Shown here piece after piece: positions 60,001 to 64,000 of a stretch of DNA of 64,000 nucleotides. A model generated the notes under the pieces. It saw only the letters and a program-made list of their open reading frames with translations, was not told the DNA's origin and did not search any database. Numbering within the stretch: position 1 is the stretch's first letter; every line of letters begins with the position of its first letter. Where the stretch lies: assembly GCA_963843145.1 (NCBI GenBank), contig CAWJJC010000027.1:288001-352000 (forward strand). The letters run 5' to 3'. Source of the DNA: an uncultured delta proteobacterium (lineage in GTDB: Bacteria > Desulfobacterota > RBG-13-43-22). A program made the translations under genes and the position numbers.

Positions 60001-62752
60001 TTCAAATCCAGGACCACCACCTGATAGCTGAGAGAAGCCGCGGAAGGCTCCCGGACACCGAGGGTGATCCCCACCAGCCAAGGAGCAGGATAGGTGGGGA
60101 TTCGAGTAGCCACGGTTTGCATTTCCCCGTTGGGGTCCCGGAATTCAAGTTCGGCCAGGAGATCCAGCGGGGTATCGGCGGCCGGGAGTCCTGATAGCCT
60201 CGTTCGGGCCCCGCCTTGTTTATCCAGGGTCAGTTCCCGGGTCTGAAGAACTTTCCTTTTTTGCTGAGCGCCGGGATCTCCCGACCCTTCTTCCTCCTCC
60301 TCTAAGGTCACGTCAGACCGCTCGAATTTTTCCAGGCCGGTTTTAACTCCACCATTGGAAAAAATCGTTTCTTCATAATCCGGAAAAACGATCGATCGGG
60401 GTTGAATTTCTGTGCGGATCTTTACCGGCAGATGGGCGGCCCCGCCTCCGGAGAGAAAGCTGACCGCCAGGTCCACCTCCAGCTCCCGGGCGTTGACCAC
60501 TGGTTCTCGGGGGCCCTGGATGACCGCCTTCATCAAGGGGACACGGAATTCCTCCACCCGGAAAGATCCGCTGGAGATTCTTGAACCGGAACCGGGACGC
60601 GCCGGGTCGGAGGGGACAGACAGGTAAACTTCATAGGTCCCTAATTTGGCCCGTTCCGGTATCTTGAAAACGGTCTCGGCCGTCCCATTGGCCCGCCACT
60701 TCAGAGGAAACACGGTCGGCTGATTACTGCCCGTCTGTTCCACCACCACTTCCTTAAGCTCCTTGATTTCCGGGGGGATGAAAAGCCCCTTGGGGGAGCG
60801 ACGTCGAACCAGGTGCTTCATATGGACTTCTTCCCCGGCTCGAAAAAGGGTGCGGTCCAAAACCGTGTGGGCCAAAACACCCAGCCGGTCATCGGAGGTC
60901 CCGGTGGGAACATTAAACCGCCAGGGTTCTATCCCCTGGTTCCAACTGGAATGGGTGAAGGTCAGGTCCTGTCCGGCCCTGGCAAAAACAAATAGGCCTC
61001 CCCGGAGTCCGGAAAGGGCCGGGGTATATTCTTCTACTTCCTCCTTGTCCGAACAGCGGCGGAGACTGTCCTCGGAAGGCAGAGGGATTGCGATTTTAGC
61101 CAGTCCGCGTTCATCGGTTTTCCCCTCCCAGAGACGTTTTCCCGCGCAGTCCCGGAGGGTGACCGCGGCCTCCTTTACCGGTTCCCCTTTATCCAGCGTA
61201 GTCACCCAGACCAGGGAGGAAGCCTTACCCCATTTTAGATGGGCCGACAAGTTGGTCACCAGAGCGGCGGTCGGCACATACATAGGCGCCGGCCTGGCCA
61301 ACAGACGGGATCCCAAGATAGCGCTCTCCAGTTCCACCACAAAAAAACCAGGCGCTGGGAGAGGAATGCCGATCACTTCAAATTCTTTTGGGCCTCCGGG
61401 TTTTGGGAGGGTCAGCTTTTGAATTTTTTCCCGCCCCTTCAGGAGAGATGTTTTCCTTTTTGCCTTTCTGAGGATGTTCAACCATTCAATGATCTTTTCT
61501 TCTTCATTCCCCCGGACCTGCAAAAGGTTCCCTTTTATCTTTAAGTCGGCGCTCTGGCTCTCCCCTTTCCCCGCCCCGCCGGCTTCCGCCGGCTCTTGGG
61601 TGCCGGTCATCCGGGCCAGGACCTCGGCCTCCAGGTTTCTCACGGTCACCGGCAGCAGAGGGGTCTCCTCCGATTCGATAATCCCAAATCGGGCGGCGAA
61701 CTTGGCCAGCGAAGGATAGCGATCGGTTTTCACAGCAAGCGGGAATTTGTCCTGATTGGTCAGGGGCCGTCCTGAATCGTCTTTAATATTTTTGGGCAGG
61801 TGCAACGTCAAGGATTGATTTTCCGGGAAAGGACCCTCAAAAACGACCCGGTCTACATAGGAACCGGATTCCCACGGTTCTTTGGGCTTCCATATTTTTC
61901 CGCTTTTACTTTTCAGCCTGATCTCCCGGGCTGTATCCCAGGCCACCGGCGCGGAGAAATTCAAGGTCAACGGCAAAAGCGGAATGAAGCCCATGGCGGG
62001 TTTCTCTTTTTTCCCTGATACCTTGGCCAAAAATAGTTCCCGTGTTTTAAAAACCAGGACCTGGTCATGGGTACTGGGAACACCACTGGCCGACCGGACC
62101 CCTTTTCCCCAGATGATCTTGACTTCCGATTCCGGCGGAAAGGTTTGCCGACATTGAAAAACGAGGGTGGGCCCCGGGTCTTTTCTAACTTTTAAGGACT
62201 CAAATAATTTTTCTTTTTCCGGACCCTGGATCAGCCTCAGGCCCACCCGTTCCTGAACCCCTTCCACCGAGCAGTAGACCGCTTTCAGAATCGAGGCCGC
62301 CTCAGGTTCCGCATCCAGGGAGAAGATAAAGACCTGACGTTCATCGATCCGCTGACTCCCTTCTTCCGGCCTGGAGGCCCGGACCGCCGGACCGCCTGTA
62401 TTGAAGGAAAACTTTTTTTGACCGCCGAGAGTCTCTCCGGCCAGGGTTTTCAGATCCGGCTTGAGGATGAATTCGCAGACCTGCCCGGCGGGCAGGTCCC
62501 GCTCAAAGTCATAGACCCAATTCTTGCCGTCCACCCACCGCCCCCGGCCTTTTTCAGCGCATTCGATGGAAAAAGGATCTTCCAGGCGGGGATCTCCGAA
62601 AGGCACCATGGGTTCGGAAAAACGGACCGTCACCTGCCGGACCTCTTTGGCCTCACCCTGGGGGAAAAAAGCTGCACCTGAGCCGCTTCCCCGGCAAAAA
62701 CAAAGCCGGCGAAAAGCAACCCGACAGCCAGAACCTTACACAGGATTTTCAT
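57039..62752 (-). CDS. Bacterial alpha-2-macroglobulin (frameshift near 62662)
   Basis: MG domains, thioester motif YPYLCLEQ, adjacent to pbpC; the signal peptide MKILCKVLAVGLLFAGFVFA joins the ORF if one C is added in the CCCCC run. Confidence 0.92.
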
Positions 62753-63070
62753 ATCCACCTCGATCCTTTGATTAAGCTGAATGATATCAGAACGGTTTAT
62801 TATTGGCAACGCCCTCTATGAAAACGGAATTCGAGCGGATTTACCTCCGCCGGCTAACCAAAATTGGTTAGGGTCTGACTGAAAAGCAGGCACCGGGTCT
62901 TAGCCCGTCGAAGGGGGATCAGTTCTGGACAGGCGTTCTAGACGTTTGACGGCGGTCTTGAATCGCTAATAGCGATAGTTAGGGCGAAGGCTGCAACGCA
63001 GCCCTCCGGTTTTGATCAGGATTTTAAAAGATATTAACAGTTAGAACCGACTATCCCCTGGCCTTCCTAT

Positions 63071-63155
63071 CGTCATTCCCGCAGCGATTTTGGGCGGGAA
63101 TCCAGTCCATGTCTGGTGCGATGCTGGATCCCCGATTAAAACACTCGGGGATGAC
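63071..63155. repeat. GTCATTCCCG-type palindromic element
   Basis: cgtcattcccgc...gcgggaatccag...ctggatccccg...cggggatgacg. Confidence 0.75.
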
Positions 63156-63375
63156 GGTCGGGGTATGAACAGACTATTTTGAGACCCTTAATAAAGGGCC
63201 GAGGGATGGAAATCAGATACGGGCAGGGAAGGGTTTCATTACACCTTAAACGAGGAAGCGACTATTCTTTCTTCTCCGGAGAGGGCGGGCTTGACGCCCG
63301 CCCACATTCCAAGGAGGGATACCCCCCTCCCCCAAATAGGAGAAAATTTCTTCTGCTTATTTTGAAATTGAGGGC

Positions 63376-63702
63376 CTAAGCACAACTGCCGCCGCTGACA
63401 TCCTTTCTATCAAACACCCAAGTATTGTTCGTCTTCTTAAAGGTCAGCTTAATCTGCTTGTTGGTGTCACCCTCAAAATTCCCGCAGAACCAGGTCAATT
63501 CCCGGAAATCCGTCCCCTGGGTCGGGATGGTATAATCCCGGGAGGTGTTGGCGTTATGGATTATGGTGCTGCCGCTAATCGTGTATTGAACATTCACATT
63601 GGCAAAACCTCCTCCGGAGGAAGAGCTGGAATTACAACCGGTCAAGACCAGGGCCAGGCCCAAAAGCAGGGCGATGGCAATTAGAATTTGTGTTCTTTTC
63701 AT
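63376..63702 (-). CDS. Hypothetical lipoprotein
   Basis: Signal peptide with lipobox LTGC, Ser/Gly linker, AGGAGG RBS. Confidence 0.8.
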   Translation of the reverse strand: MKRTQILIAIALLLGLALVLTGCNSSSSSGGGFANVNVQYTISGSTIIHNANTSRDYTIPTQGTDFRELTWFCGNFEGDTNKQIKLTFKKTNNTWVFDRKDVSGGSCA

Positions 63703-63806
63703 TTTGATTATCCTCCTTTTTTTGAATTAGACATTTGCAGGGATAGACGACCGTAACTCAGTAAAGTTAAAAAGCATACTTCACTAATGATGGATTCGCC
63801 AATAGC

Positions 63807-63886
63807 CGTCACCCCGGTGAAAACCGGGGTCCAGTGATTTCATAACTAGTTGAATCTACTGGATTCCGACTTTTGTCGGAATGACG
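63807..63886. repeat. GTCA...TGAC palindromic element
   Basis: cgtcaccccggtgaaaaccggggtccag...ctggattccgacttttgtcggaatgacg. Confidence 0.75.
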
Positions 63887-64000
63887 AAAGCGGTCTTTCG
63901 GTGACTTTTTGCGAAATCATCACTAATTACCCGGCTATTTTTCTCGTTTTAAGAATGGCCTCTCCCCGGTTCTCTGAAGATTATTACCGACCGGTTGTGA

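Overview
GC-rich bacterial chromosomal segment. The gene content (HdrA/Mvh, Sfum_1244 family, many PAS hybrid kinases) and the intergenic repeat families point to an anaerobic Desulfobacterota-like organism (inference). Left arm (1-19.8 kb): a Fe-S protein, pgk, a flavodoxin-like reductase, a YprB-like exonuclease, an hdrA-mvhD-mvhG-mvhA-tusA-sensor kinase operon with no hdrBC and an HdrA that lacks one Fe-S motif, a molybdopterin oxidoreductase, an HDOD-GGDEF protein, corA, an ABC permease and a hydrolase. Centre (about 19.8-47.6 kb): a probable island carrying a complete minus-strand gas vesicle system of the Serratia ATCC 39006 type (NtrC-like activator, sHsp, Cdc48, GvpF/L, kinase and receiver; then a sigma54 promoter, two tandem gvpA-gvpC units, gvpN, V, F, G, S, K, J). 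The cluster also carries a Get3/ArsA-like ATPase, a stand-alone DnaJ-type zinc finger, a zinc-ribbon protein and a TraB/TIKI-like protein, and a shared TGGAA-N4-TTCCA operator lies upstream of both operons. Decayed cargo follows (IS91 remnant, NRAMP fragment, CDF, DedA). Right arm: a Zn/Mn ABC transporter, a Sfum_1244-family protein, trxC, a DMT transporter, tatD, pbpC plus alpha-2-macroglobulin, and a lipoprotein. About ten single-base frameshifts are spread across the window and most likely reflect sequencing or assembly indels.
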